Shown here: piece after piece, positions 1 through 9,270 of the stretch | Layout: every line of letters starts with the position of its first letter | Position numbering within the stretch: position 1 is the stretch's first letter | Assembly: GCA_022822575.1 (NCBI GenBank) | Contig: JAJEBJ010000455.1 | Coordinates: 1 to 44,674, forward strand | From: Alphaproteobacteria bacterium | GTDB lineage: Bacteria > Pseudomonadota > Alphaproteobacteria > SP197 | Direction of reading: 5' to 3' | Length of the DNA: 44,674 nucleotides | The notes under the pieces: model-generated | Told to the model about the DNA's origin: nothing | Database searches by the model: none | What the model saw: only the letters and a program-made list of their open reading frames with translations | Position numbers and translations under genes: made by a program

Positions 1-1
1 G

Positions 2-349
2 GTCGAGGTGGTGCCCGGTGTTTCCTCTCTCATGGCCTGCCCGGCGGCCGCAGGCCTGCCGTTAGCGGCGCGCAACGATGCGCTGCTGGTCTGTCCGGGC
101 ACCCTCACCGAGGCCGCGATGACGGAACGCCTCGCCTTTGCCGACTCTGTCGCCATCATCAAGGTGGGGCGCCATCTGGCCAGGATCAGGCGCGTACTCG
201 ATGCGGCGGGCCTGCTGGAGCATGCCTGGTATGTGGCCCATGCCACCATGGGACGCCAGGTCGTGATGCCCCTGGCAGCCGTCACCGACACCACCGGACC
301 CTACTTTTCCATGATTCTTGTTCATCGCCGCGGCGAGGCATGGCGATGA
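2..349 (+). CDS. cobI: precorrin-2 C20-methyltransferase (CobI/CbiL type), C-terminal fragment; the 5' end lies outside the window
   Basis: The frame is open from the window edge to TGA at 347-349. The tail (AIIKVGRHL...GPYFSMILVHR) resembles the C-terminus of tetrapyrrole methylases. The stop overlaps the next start (ATGGCGATGA), and cobJ and cobM follow. Confidence 0.7.
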   Translation, partial: VEVVPGVSSLMACPAAAGLPLAARNDALLVCPGTLTEAAMTERLAFADSVAIIKVGRHLARIRRVLDAAGLLEHAWYVAHATMGRQVVMPLAAVTDTTGPYFSMILVHRRGEAWR

Positions 350-2136
350 CCCTTCCCACCGGGGCCGCGGTGATCTGCCTTGCCGCCTCGGGGCTGCCGA
401 CGGCGAGACGGATTGCTGGAAGTCTGCCTGGCGCCCGCGTGCACGGCCTCGCGCACCGGGTGGGGGATGCCGATGTCGCATTCATGGCGACAGTTGACCA
501 TGTGGCGGGACTCTTCGCTGCCGGTGTGCCCGTCATCGGCGTCTGCGCCACCGGCATCCTGATTCGCGCGGTGGCGCCCCTTCTCGCCGACAAGACGAAC
601 GAGCCCCCCTTGCTGGCCGTGACGGAAGACGGAACATCCGTCATCCCGCTTCTCGGTGGCCACCGGGGCGCCAACCGGCTGGCGCGCCACTGCGCAGCGG
701 TGATGGGCGGCCATGCGGTGACGACCACACTGAGCGACGTGCGCTTTCCCCGCGCTCTCGACGAGATGCCACGCGGCTGGCGTCTTGCCGCCGCCTCCCG
801 AACGGCGCCGGTGATGGCCGCCGTCGCCGCCGGCGAGACGGTCCGCCTCAGCGTGGAGGCGGGCGATGGAACCTGGCTTGGCGAGACGGGCCTCGTCGCC
901 TCCGACGACGGGCGTTTCGAGGTGTGCGTGACCGACCGGGCCGACCGGCCGGCCGATCTCGTGATGCACCCCCCGGTCCTTGCCGTCGGCGCCGGCTGCG
1001 AGCGCGGTTGTGACGCCGGGGAACTGGTGTCGCTCGTGCTCGAGACCCTGGCCGCAGCGGGCCTGGCGCGGCAGGCCGTCGCCTGCGTCGCCAGTCTGGA
1101 TCTCAAGTCCGATGAGCCGGCGATGCTGGCGCTGGCCGAGCACCTCGACGTGCCGCTGGTGGTGTTTCCTCCCGAACGTCTCGAGGAAGAGCTGCCACGC
1201 CTTTGCCATCCATCGGACATCGTCCATGCCGTCACCGGCTGCCACGGCGTGGCGGAAGGCGCCGCCCTGGCGGTGGCCGGAGAGGCAGGCGATCTCGTGG
1301 TAGCAAAGACCAGGTCGCGCCGGGCCACCTGCGCCATCGCCCGGTCACCGGTCGCCATTGAAGCCGATGCGATCGGGGCGACGCCGGGCCATCTCGCGAT
1401 TGTCGGCCTGGGGCCGGGCGCAGACCATCTGAGGACCCTGCAAGCAAGCCGGGCCATCGGCGAGGCAAGCGACGTGGTGGGCTATGGCGCCTACCTTGAT
1501 CTCATACCCGCTCTGGTGCGTTCCAAGACCTGTCATGCCTTCGGCCTTGGAGAGGAGACCGAACGCTGCCGGCATGCCCTCGATCTCGCCGCTGCCGGCA
1601 GGAAGGTGGTCCTGGTCAGTTCCGGCGATCCGGGAATCTACGCCATGGCAAGCCTGGTGCACGAACTCGTCGACGGCTCCACCCGGTGGCGCAGTGTCGG
1701 GATCAGCGTCATTCCAGGCATCTCCGCGGTGCAGCTCGCGGCTGCCGAATCAGGGGCCCCCATCGGCCACGATTTCTGTGCCATCTCCCTTTCGGATCTC
1801 CTGACACCACGCGACACCGTGCTCTCCCGCGTGCGCGCAGCCGCCGAGGGTGACTTTGTGGTCGCCTTCTACAATCCGGTGTCCGGACGCCGGCGTCTTC
1901 TCCTCGGCCTCGCACGCGACATACTCCTCGAACATCGCGATCCCGCCACGCCGGTGGTCATCGGCCGATTGTTGGGGCGCGATGGACGTTCGCTGGCCCA
2001 CACGACACTGGCCTCCCTGGATGCCGGCGCGGTCGACATGCTGAGTCTCGTCATCGTCGGTTCGTCCCAAACCAGGCGCTACCGCCACCGGGGGCGCACC
2101 ATGGTCTATACGCCGCGTGGATACGACGCCTCATGA
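340..2136 (+). CDS. cobJ: fusion protein: CbiG-like cobalamin biosynthesis protein (N-terminal ~330 aa) plus precorrin-3B C17-methyltransferase CobJ/CbiH (C-terminal ~260 aa)
   Basis: The N-terminal half carries a CbiG/CobE-like block (LAVGAGCERGC...LASLDLKSDEPAML...VAEGAALA). The C-terminal half is a TP-methylase (HLAIVGLGPGADHL...VVLVSSGDPGIYAMAS...ISLSDLLTP). ATGA start/stop overlaps link it to both flanking cob genes. Confidence 0.85.
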   Translation: MAMTLPTGAAVICLAASGLPTARRIAGSLPGARVHGLAHRVGDADVAFMATVDHVAGLFAAGVPVIGVCATGILIRAVAPLLADKTNEPPLLAVTEDGTSVIPLLGGHRGANRLARHCAAVMGGHAVTTTLSDVRFPRALDEMPRGWRLAAASRTAPVMAAVAAGETVRLSVEAGDGTWLGETGLVASDDGRFEVCVTDRADRPADLVMHPPVLAVGAGCERGCDAGELVSLVLETLAAAGLARQAVACVASLDLKSDEPAMLALAEHLDVPLVVFPPERLEEELPRLCHPSDIVHAVTGCHGVAEGAALAVAGEAGDLVVAKTRSRRATCAIARSPVAIEADAIGATPGHLAIVGLGPGADHLRTLQASRAIGEASDVVGYGAYLDLIPALVRSKTCHAFGLGEETERCRHALDLAAAGRKVVLVSSGDPGIYAMASLVHELVDGSTRWRSVGISVIPGISAVQLAAAESGAPIGHDFCAISLSDLLTPRDTVLSRVRAAAEGDFVVAFYNPVSGRRRLLLGLARDILLEHRDPATPVVIGRLLGRDGRSLAHTTLASLDAGAVDMLSLVIVGSSQTRRYRHRGRTMVYTPRGYDAS

Positions 2137-2891
2137 CCGTTCACTTCATCGGCGCCGGGCCGGGAGCGGCGGATCTCGTCACCGTGCGCGGTCTGAGGCT
2201 GATCCGTTCATCGCCGCTGGTGCTCTATGCCGGCTCCCTGGTGCCCCGCGAGCTGGTGGCCGAAGCGGCGGACGATGCCCGCATCATCGATACCGCCCCG
2301 CTTCATCTCGACGAGATCATCGACCTCATGGCCGCCGCCAGCGACGCCGGTGAGGATGTCGCCCGCCTGCAGTCCGGCGATCCCTCGGTCTATGGCGCCA
2401 TCGCCGAGCAGATACGCCGCCTTGATGCCCTCGGCATCGCCTGGGATATCACGCCAGGCGTTCCCTCGTTTGCTGCTGCTGCTGCCGCCATCGGCCGGGA
2501 ACTCACCTTGCCGGAGGTCTCGCAGACGGTCATCCTCACGCGGACCGCCGTGCGGGCGAGCGCCATGCCGGAAGGGGAGAACCTTGCCGACCTCGCCCGT
2601 TCCGGGGCCACTCTCGCGATTCATCTTTCGATCAACAATCTCGCACGCGTGGTGCGCACGCTGGTTCCGGTCTGCGGGGGCGACTGTCCAGTGGCTGTCG
2701 CATTCCGTGTCGGCTGGCCCGACGAGTTGCTGATCCACGGCACGCTCAATGACATCCGCGACAAGGTCAAGCAGGCCCGGATCACGCGCACGGCGCTCAT
2801 TCTCGTCGGGCGCGTCCTCGAAGGAAGCGACTTCCGTTCAAGCTTGCTCTACGACGAGACCCACCACCACGTGCTGCGGCCCCGGCGCTGA
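2133..2891 (+). CDS. cobM: precorrin-4 C11-methyltransferase
   Basis: The N-terminus VHFIGAGPGAADLVTVRG, then LQSGDPSVYGA and ITPGVPSF, are the CobM/CbiF pattern. The length (252 aa) is typical and the start overlaps the cobJ stop. Confidence 0.9.
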   Translation: MTVHFIGAGPGAADLVTVRGLRLIRSSPLVLYAGSLVPRELVAEAADDARIIDTAPLHLDEIIDLMAAASDAGEDVARLQSGDPSVYGAIAEQIRRLDALGIAWDITPGVPSFAAAAAAIGRELTLPEVSQTVILTRTAVRASAMPEGENLADLARSGATLAIHLSINNLARVVRTLVPVCGGDCPVAVAFRVGWPDELLIHGTLNDIRDKVKQARITRTALILVGRVLEGSDFRSSLLYDETHHHVLRPRR

Positions 2892-3031
2892 ACGATGGCG
2901 CCGTTTTCAGAGGTGTGGCTCAAAGGGGGCTCGTTTGAAGCGTGCGCTGCGTCGCTTGCCTGGTCAGGCTTCCCCTTGATGTCCAGCACATTGGTGCCGG
3001 CTGTGACTCCGATGCTCGCGTGACGTCGTGT

Positions 3032-4195
3032 TCAAGCGCGCACGATGAGGGTTTGGGGCGAGCGCGTGGTGAGAATCTCACAACCCTTCTCCGTCAGGAC
3101 CGCGGAGTTGGAGATGAAGTAGTCGACGCAGTCCGTGTCGGTAAACCACGAATGAAGGTGAAACGACATGCCCTGCTTCATTTCCAGATCTGAATCGGGT
3201 GCAAGACTCGTGACCATGGAGCCTCCGGTCCAGCTCGGTGGGAAGCCGATCCCCGTCAGGTAGCCGCAGTGATGCCGCTCGTAGCCTTCGAGCCCCCGGC
3301 TTCTTGCGACTTCCCGCCAGGCAGCATAGGCGTCCCTGGCCCGTGCGCCCGGCACGATTGCGGCAACGATCGCCTCCATGGCGTCGATGGCCATCTCGAC
3401 GGAGCGTTCAACGTCGGCAGGGGCGCTTCCCACGTAGACCAGTCGGCCCATGGGCGCCTGGTACTTGCGGCAGGCTGCACCGATCTCCAGGAACACGGCA
3501 TCGCCGTTGCGAAACGTCTCGCCTCGCCACGTGGTGTGCTCCTCGCCGAGCCTGGAGGTCGGCCTGATGAACGGTCCGAAACCGGGATACTCGCTGCCCG
3601 CCAGACACAGGGCGCGCTGGCATTCGCCAGCGACTTCATGATCACTGGCGCCGTGGCGAATGGCGTCGATGGCCGCCAGCGTTCCGGCATCCGCCGCCTC
3701 GGCGGCTCGACGCGTGTAGGAAACTTCGAGCGGTGACTTGACGATCCGCAAGGTATCGATGATGCCCGAGCCGTCGCTCCATGCGGCCGCCGGAGCGCCG
3801 GCCTTGATGCGGCTTGCCGTATGCGGTGTGAGAAAGAGGGAGCGCTCCTCGAGTGCGACCCGGCCATCGCGAATTCCGAGAAGGCTCATCGCCTTGAGCA
3901 CATGGTCCGCCGGCTCCTCGCCATCGGAGTGACCGTCGAACGCGGCGTTGGCGACCTGGTTTGTGACCGTGATCTGCTCCATGGCCCGGGCGACAAGGCG
4001 CATCTCACCGTCGCGCGGCACGACGAGGACGTGTGTTGCGAAGAATCCCCAGTGATCGAGACCGGTGAGGTAGTAGATGTTCTCCGGACTGGCGACGAGT
4101 ATGCCGTCAAGATCACGCCCCGCCATTGTGTCGCGGAGCCTGTCAAGCCGTTGATCGAGTTCCTGGCGTGGAAAGGGCTCGTGAGCGGTCATCAT
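3032..4195 (-). CDS. M24-family hydrolase (creatinase / Xaa-Pro peptidase fold), divergent paralogue of the upstream DoeA-like gene
   Basis: There is a creatinase-type N-domain (ILVASPENIYYLTGLD) followed by a pita-bread C-domain (VKSPLEVSYTRRAAEAAD...). GGGAGG lies 6-8 nt before the ATG. It is the last gene of the nine-gene operon. Confidence 0.8.
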   Translation of the reverse strand: MMTAHEPFPRQELDQRLDRLRDTMAGRDLDGILVASPENIYYLTGLDHWGFFATHVLVVPRDGEMRLVARAMEQITVTNQVANAAFDGHSDGEEPADHVLKAMSLLGIRDGRVALEERSLFLTPHTASRIKAGAPAAAWSDGSGIIDTLRIVKSPLEVSYTRRAAEAADAGTLAAIDAIRHGASDHEVAGECQRALCLAGSEYPGFGPFIRPTSRLGEEHTTWRGETFRNGDAVFLEIGAACRKYQAPMGRLVYVGSAPADVERSVEMAIDAMEAIVAAIVPGARARDAYAAWREVARSRGLEGYERHHCGYLTGIGFPPSWTGGSMVTSLAPDSDLEMKQGMSFHLHSWFTDTDCVDYFISNSAVLTEKGCEILTTRSPQTLIVRA

Positions 4196-4222
4196 GCCGG
4201 CCTCCCGTGGATTGCTGGCCTG

Positions 4223-5410
4223 TCAGGTGATGACGCGGATGGCGCGTTCGACATCACAAAGGCGCTCGCCTCCGCCAGCGGTGACGACAAAGGACTCGGA
4301 AATCGCGGCGCCGTAGCGTTCCAGCCACACGCCCGACTGGAAGTGGAAGCACATGCCGGCCTCGAGGACGGTGTTGTCGCCGGGACGCAGGCTGGCGGTT
4401 CGTTCTCCCCAGTCGGGCGGAAAGCCGAGGCCGATTGAATAGCCCACGCGACTCTCCTTGCGGTAGCCGTGGCGGTTCAGCACGCCCTGCCAGACGGCCT
4501 CCACATCGGCGCATGTTGCACCGGGCCGGGCGGCCTCCAGCGCCGCGTTGCCACCGTCCACAATCGCTTCCGCAAGCCTGGCGACGTCACGCGGTGGCGT
4601 GCCGATATGCGCCGTCCGGGTCAGCGGCGCATGGTAATGGCGGCGGGCCGCAGCCAGCTCCATGACCACAAGCCCTTCATCGGGCAGGGCGTCGGATGTC
4701 CAGGTAAGGTGCGGGGTTGCCGTGCCTTCCCCAACCTGGATCAAAGGGCAGAGGCTGGTGTAGTCGCCGTGCCTTCCGTCGAGACCGCTGATCTGCGCGT
4801 GATAGACATCCGCGATAATGTCCATCTGCCGCACGCCCGGGCGAAGGCGCTCCAGCGCTCTTTCCATGACCCTTGTCGCAATTCTGCCGGCCTCGCGCAT
4901 GTACGACAGTTCCGCAGGCGACTTGACCAGTCGCGCCCAGTTCACCAGTTCGCGGTTGTCGGCGATCCGGGCGCCGTCCAGTCCGTCGACGAGGTGCCGG
5001 TGGGCTCTTGCCGTGTAATAGTGGGCGTCCAGTTCGACGCCAATGCGTGCCGAACTCCAGCCGCGCTGCCTGATCAGTTCGCACAGCTCGTCAAAGGGAT
5101 GGCGGTCCGGGTGGTGAACCAGGGGTTCGGAAAATGCCACGATGTTGTCGCCGGGAAGATCCGTCGTCAGAACGGCGGAAAGGGCGTCCTGAGCGCGGCC
5201 GAACCAAACCGGAAACCGGTCATCACGATGGAACAGCACGGCCTGTGGCGTATAGAACGACCAGCCGTCAAATCCTGTCAGCCAATGCATGTTCGCCGGA
5301 TCCTGGCAAATCAGAAGATCGAATCCAGCCTCGTCCATGTGTTGACGAACTTTGGCGCGGCGTTGCGCGTACTCAGATTCTTCGAATGCGGCTGTTGTCA
5401 TAAGGCTCAT
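4223..5410 (-). CDS. M24-family hydrolase, ectoine hydrolase (DoeA/EutD)-like
   Basis: 395 aa. The N-terminal block DPANMHWLTGFDGWSFYTPQAVL and the motif VKSPAELSYMREAGRI resemble DoeA/EutD as I remember them. The ATG directly abuts the upstream stop (TAGATG). Confidence 0.7.
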   Translation of the reverse strand: MSLMTTAAFEESEYAQRRAKVRQHMDEAGFDLLICQDPANMHWLTGFDGWSFYTPQAVLFHRDDRFPVWFGRAQDALSAVLTTDLPGDNIVAFSEPLVHHPDRHPFDELCELIRQRGWSSARIGVELDAHYYTARAHRHLVDGLDGARIADNRELVNWARLVKSPAELSYMREAGRIATRVMERALERLRPGVRQMDIIADVYHAQISGLDGRHGDYTSLCPLIQVGEGTATPHLTWTSDALPDEGLVVMELAAARRHYHAPLTRTAHIGTPPRDVARLAEAIVDGGNAALEAARPGATCADVEAVWQGVLNRHGYRKESRVGYSIGLGFPPDWGERTASLRPGDNTVLEAGMCFHFQSGVWLERYGAAISESFVVTAGGGERLCDVERAIRVIT

Positions 5411-6226
5411 CTAGGCTGTGGCGTAGCCCGACGCTGCATGGGGCGCCATGGCCCTTGCATGCGCGGCGATCGAGCGCGCCGTGAAACTGCCATCCGGCGG
5501 TGTATCACGGATGAAATGGCGCCAGGTGTCCCTGCCGCGCACCGGGATGGCAGACAGCGCCGGTCCGGCGGTCTGACGCACGTGGGCGGGCAGGTAGCGG
5601 ACCGCAACGGCGATGCGCGGCGACGCGGTACGGTTGATGCCGGACGCATGGGCAAGAAGACAGTGGTGGAGCGACATCTCCCCAGCGTTCAGGATGACCG
5701 GAACGGCGAGCGATTCATCCATATCGAGGACGATTTCCTGACCGCGGGTGAGGGCGCTTCGCTGGGACAGCGTTTCCCGGTGGCAGAGCTTGTCGTGTGT
5801 GTGGGTACCCGCCATGAAACGCATGCATCCGTTCTCGGGACGGGCATCGGTGAGGGCGATCCATGCGGTGCAGATCTCGAAGGGCTCGAGATTCCAGTAA
5901 TTGGCGTCCTGGTGCCAGTTGATGTGCTGCCGTTCCCCGGGCGGCTTGCAGAAGAGATCGGCCGCCTGAAGAAGGATGTCCGGCCCGATGACTGATTCGA
6001 CGCCGTCGAGCACGGCGTCATCTGTCGCGAGATCGAAGATCCAGTCGCAGAGCAGGTGCATCTTGATGCGCCAGGGGTGCTGCAGATCCGCCGGTGGTTG
6101 CTCCAGGAGCCTCTCGACGCGCGCGGCCGCTTCGCTGGCCCTTGCCGCGCCGATCGCATCCAAGGGAAAGACGTAGCCATCCCGCCTGTAGCGCAGCGCC
6201 GCTTCATTCGGGCGCTCGTCAGTCAT
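5411..6226 (-). CDS. phytanoyl-CoA dioxygenase (PhyH) family Fe(II)/2-oxoglutarate-dependent oxygenase
   Basis: WHQDANYW (the HxD iron motif), a later HH..LAHASG.N and an R near the C-terminus fit the PhyH/EctD-like superfamily. The start overlaps the upstream stop (ATGACTGA). Confidence 0.8.
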   Translation of the reverse strand: MTDERPNEAALRYRRDGYVFPLDAIGAARASEAAARVERLLEQPPADLQHPWRIKMHLLCDWIFDLATDDAVLDGVESVIGPDILLQAADLFCKPPGERQHINWHQDANYWNLEPFEICTAWIALTDARPENGCMRFMAGTHTHDKLCHRETLSQRSALTRGQEIVLDMDESLAVPVILNAGEMSLHHCLLAHASGINRTASPRIAVAVRYLPAHVRQTAGPALSAIPVRGRDTWRHFIRDTPPDGSFTARSIAAHARAMAPHAASGYATA

Positions 6227-7052
6227 GGTGCCGTTCCCACAGGATCGGCAGGAGGTCGCAGCGGTAGGGACCGCCTTCGATGAGTCCGTACTCCGCTTCC
6301 AGGAAATCCGTCATGTCGCGGGTCCAGGACCCCCGCCGACGATAGATGGCATCGCCCTCGGCGAAGCGCATGGTGAACCGCCTTGTGGTGCGTTGCGGTG
6401 GAGTGGCGTCTGGTGTGCCGTGCACCATGTGCGAATCGAAGACGAGGCAGTCTCCGGGCTGGAGCGCGTAGTCAACCCGGTCGCCGTGCTCGCTCAGACG
6501 GGAGAAATCGGGAGTCCTCTCGTAAATTCCGCGGGGATCGGCTTTCGGTCCGGTGCCCGCGAAACTCTCCGGCATGAAGAGCCTGTTCCATGTATGGGAC
6601 CCCTTGAGAAACGTGACGCCTTCGCCCCGGGCGACCGGCTCGAGAGCCATCCACAGCACGCACCATGTACCGTCAAGATCGAAATACGGTGCATCGTGAT
6701 GCCAGGGTGCCCGGTTGACGGCACCGGCCTTGCGTACGAGCCAGTTGTCGGTCACGAGCATCACGGAAGCAACGTCCATGAGTTCGCCGGTGATCCGGGC
6801 CGCAGGTGAATCGAAGATGAAATCACGCATCGCCGGCACCTGCTGCCAGATCCAGAAATCCGTGCAGTACGTGCCGGGTTTCGTATCCGCCGAATAGTCG
6901 ACAAACATCGGTCCGGGGCTTGCCATGCCCTGGTCGATGGCGTCGGAAGCAACGGCCAGCCAGTGAGGGTCGAAAGCCTCGCGAAGGCAGACAACCCCGT
7001 CCTCCTTGTAGGAGGCACGTTGCTCCGGCGTCGTCAGTAGCGAGTCAGGCAT
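6219..7052 (-). CDS. phytanoyl-CoA dioxygenase (PhyH) family Fe(II)/2-oxoglutarate-dependent oxygenase (second, divergent copy)
   Basis: PWHHDAPYF (HxD) and FDSHMVHG (distal His) are present. I place the start at the ATG at 7052 (MPDSLL...) because GAGGAG lies 5 nt upstream and overlaps the ehuA stop. The tracked ORF extends to 7106. Confidence 0.8.
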   Translation of the reverse strand: MPDSLLTTPEQRASYKEDGVVCLREAFDPHWLAVASDAIDQGMASPGPMFVDYSADTKPGTYCTDFWIWQQVPAMRDFIFDSPAARITGELMDVASVMLVTDNWLVRKAGAVNRAPWHHDAPYFDLDGTWCVLWMALEPVARGEGVTFLKGSHTWNRLFMPESFAGTGPKADPRGIYERTPDFSRLSEHGDRVDYALQPGDCLVFDSHMVHGTPDATPPQRTTRRFTMRFAEGDAIYRRRGSWTRDMTDFLEAEYGLIEGGPYRCDLLPILWERHHD

Positions 7053-7059
7053 GGGCTCC

Positions 7060-7872
7060 TCAATCCGCATCGAGCACGGCGCTGAGGAACATCCTTGTGC
7101 GCTCATTCTGCGGGTTGCCGATCAGCTGGTCCGGCGGGCCCTGCTCGGCAATCCTGCCCTCGTAGAAGAAGCAGACGCGATCCGAGATTTCGCGGGCAAA
7201 TCCCATCTGGTGCGTCACGATGATCATGGTCAGGTCATGTTCTCTGGCGAGCTTGCGAATGACGTTGAGAACCTCGCCGATCACCTCCGGGTCAAGGGCC
7301 GAGGTGACCTCATCGAAGAGCATGACCTTCGGCCGCATGGCAAGCGCCCGGGCGATGGCGACGCGTTGCTGCTGGCCGCCGGAGAGGCGCGACGGATGCT
7401 GGCCCGCCTTGTCGGCAATGCCCACCATGGTCAGGAGTTCCATGGAGCGCTCCCGCGCCTCATCCTTGCCGAGCCCCAGCGACTGCACGGGGGCCTCCAT
7501 GCAGTTCTCGAGCACGGTCATGTGAGGAAAGAGATTGAAGTGCTGGAACACCATGCCGATGTCCGATCGCATCCTCCTGAGGTGCGCGCTGCCGGCTCCG
7601 ACCAGGATTCCATCCCGTTCCATGTGGGTGAGCGGCTGACCATAGAGATAGATGACGCCGTCATCGATGGGTTCGAGAGTCATCAGGACGCGCAGGACCG
7701 TGGTCTTGCCCGAGCCGGACGGCCCGATGATCGAGACGATTTCATTGGCTGCGATGTCGAGATCAAGTGAATTGAGCACCGTGAGATCGCCGTAACGCTT
7801 GGACACCTTGGAGAACCGCACCGCAGGTGGATCATTTTCCTTCAGCCGGAGGGGATGTGCATTTCGGTCCAT
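7060..7872 (-). CDS. ehuA: polar amino-acid/ectoine-type ABC transporter ATP-binding protein (EhuA-like)
   Basis: It has Walker A GPSGSGKTT, the signature LSGGQQQRVAIARAL and Walker B VMLFDEVTSALD. The start is uncertain: ATG at 7872 or TTG at 7911. Confidence 0.85.
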   Translation of the reverse strand: MDRNAHPLRLKENDPPAVRFSKVSKRYGDLTVLNSLDLDIAANEIVSIIGPSGSGKTTVLRVLMTLEPIDDGVIYLYGQPLTHMERDGILVGAGSAHLRRMRSDIGMVFQHFNLFPHMTVLENCMEAPVQSLGLGKDEARERSMELLTMVGIADKAGQHPSRLSGGQQQRVAIARALAMRPKVMLFDEVTSALDPEVIGEVLNVIRKLAREHDLTMIIVTHQMGFAREISDRVCFFYEGRIAEQGPPDQLIGNPQNERTRMFLSAVLDAD

Positions 7873-7897
7873 GACTTTGTCTTGTCCCGGCAGCCCG

Positions 7898-8566
7898 TCA
7901 ATCGACACCAAGCGTGCGCCGGGTCCATGTCTCGAACCTTCTTAGACCGAATGCCGCCGGCAGGGAAATGGCGAGGAAGATGATGCCGACCAGGGTATAG
8001 GGCTCGAGAAAGCGGTAGGTTTCGGAGCCGACAGCATTGGCGGTGTGAAGGAGCTCGGCGACCCCGATCACAGAGAGCATCGGCGTGTCCTTGAAGATAC
8101 CGACAAGATAGTTCCCCATGCCCGGGATGGCGGGTGGCAGCGCCTGGGGAATGATGATCCTGAAGTAGCTCCTCCGTGTTGACAGATTGAGGGCCTTGCA
8201 GGCTTCCCATTGTCCCTTCGGAACGCTGTCGAGACCCGCCCGGTAGACTTCGGAAAGGTACGAGGCGTAGTGCAGGCCGATGGCGATCATGCCGGAGGTC
8301 CAGGGAGAGAGCGTCACGCCCACCTGCGGCCCGACGTAGAAGATGAAGAAGATCTGCAGGACCAGCGGCGTGGAGCGAATGAACTCGACGCATTCGCGTA
8401 TGGCGATCGTGAGAAGGGTGATGGACGTGCGCTGTCCCAGTGCGAAGGCCAGCCCGACCACAAGGGCGATGGCGTAGCCGATCCCGGCGGCGAGCAAGGT
8501 GTTGGTGGTGGCCAGGAGGAGACGCGGCAGAATCTCGAAGGTGAAGTCCCATTTCCAGTCGAACAT
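7898..8566 (-). CDS. ehuD: ABC transporter permease (EhuD-like, His/Glu/Gln/Arg/opine family)
   Basis: 222 aa and multi-pass hydrophobic, with an EAA-type loop (EACKALNLSTRRSYFRIIIPQAL). Confidence 0.8.
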   Translation of the reverse strand: MFDWKWDFTFEILPRLLLATTNTLLAAGIGYAIALVVGLAFALGQRTSITLLTIAIRECVEFIRSTPLVLQIFFIFYVGPQVGVTLSPWTSGMIAIGLHYASYLSEVYRAGLDSVPKGQWEACKALNLSTRRSYFRIIIPQALPPAIPGMGNYLVGIFKDTPMLSVIGVAELLHTANAVGSETYRFLEPYTLVGIIFLAISLPAAFGLRRFETWTRRTLGVD

Positions 8567-8569
8567 GGC

Positions 8570-9247
8570 CTATGCTCCGGGGATCCGGCCCATCTTGCGC
8601 GCCATGAATCTCTCGAGGGCCAGCATCGACGGCGATATCAGCAGTCGTGCCAGGAGGTAGTAGATGATGAGCGCTGTGCCGAAGGCCTCGGCGGAAAGGA
8701 AAGTCGAGCCGTTGATCTGGCGCGCCTCGAACATGAGGTCGGTGACGGAGATGAGCGCCACCAGCGCCGTTCCCTTGAGAAGCTCGATGAAGAGGTTGCC
8801 CCAGGGCGGCAGCATGGCGAGCAGCGCCTGCGGCAGGATGATCCTCGTCATGCGCTTGTAGGGGGAGAGATTGAGCGCGATGGCGACTTCGTACTGGCCG
8901 CGCGGAACCGAAATGATGGCGCCGCGGACGACTTCGGCTCCATAGGCGCCGAGATTCATGCCGACTGCGATGAAGCCCGCCGTGAATTTCTCAAGGGTGA
9001 TGCCGAACAACGGCAGCACGAAGAAGATCCAGAACAGCTGGATAAGGAGGGACGTTCCCCGGAAAATCTCGATGTAGGTGGTGGCAACGGAGCGGACGAG
9101 GACCAGCTTCGAGAGCTTCATCAGTCCCATCAGGAGGGCGATGGCAACCGCCAGCAAGGCGGCGAGCACGGTCTGCTGGACCGTGACGATGGTTCCGTCG
9201 ATGAAGCGCGGGCCGTACTCCACCAGAAAATCGAGGTAGTGTTCCAT
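8570..9247 (-). CDS. ehuC: ABC transporter permease (EhuC-like)
   Basis: 225 aa, paralogous to the downstream permease, with an EAA loop (EVAIALNLSPYKRMTRIILPQAL). Confidence 0.8.
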   Translation of the reverse strand: MEHYLDFLVEYGPRFIDGTIVTVQQTVLAALLAVAIALLMGLMKLSKLVLVRSVATTYIEIFRGTSLLIQLFWIFFVLPLFGITLEKFTAGFIAVGMNLGAYGAEVVRGAIISVPRGQYEVAIALNLSPYKRMTRIILPQALLAMLPPWGNLFIELLKGTALVALISVTDLMFEARQINGSTFLSAEAFGTALIIYYLLARLLISPSMLALERFMARKMGRIPGA

Positions 9248-9270
9248 CAGGAGTGCCCGCCGGTTTCAGA

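Noticed and set aside
282-1457. Minus-strand ORFs of 391 aa and 307 aa opposite cbiG-cobJ
   Set aside because: These are Arg/Ser/Ala/Pro-rich antisense shadow ORFs. The plus strand encodes clear TP-methylase and CbiG motifs.
4469-5995. 508-aa plus-strand ORF spanning the DoeA-like and PhyH genes
   Set aside because: It lies antisense to two well-supported genes, crosses their junction, and has no motif and a biased composition.
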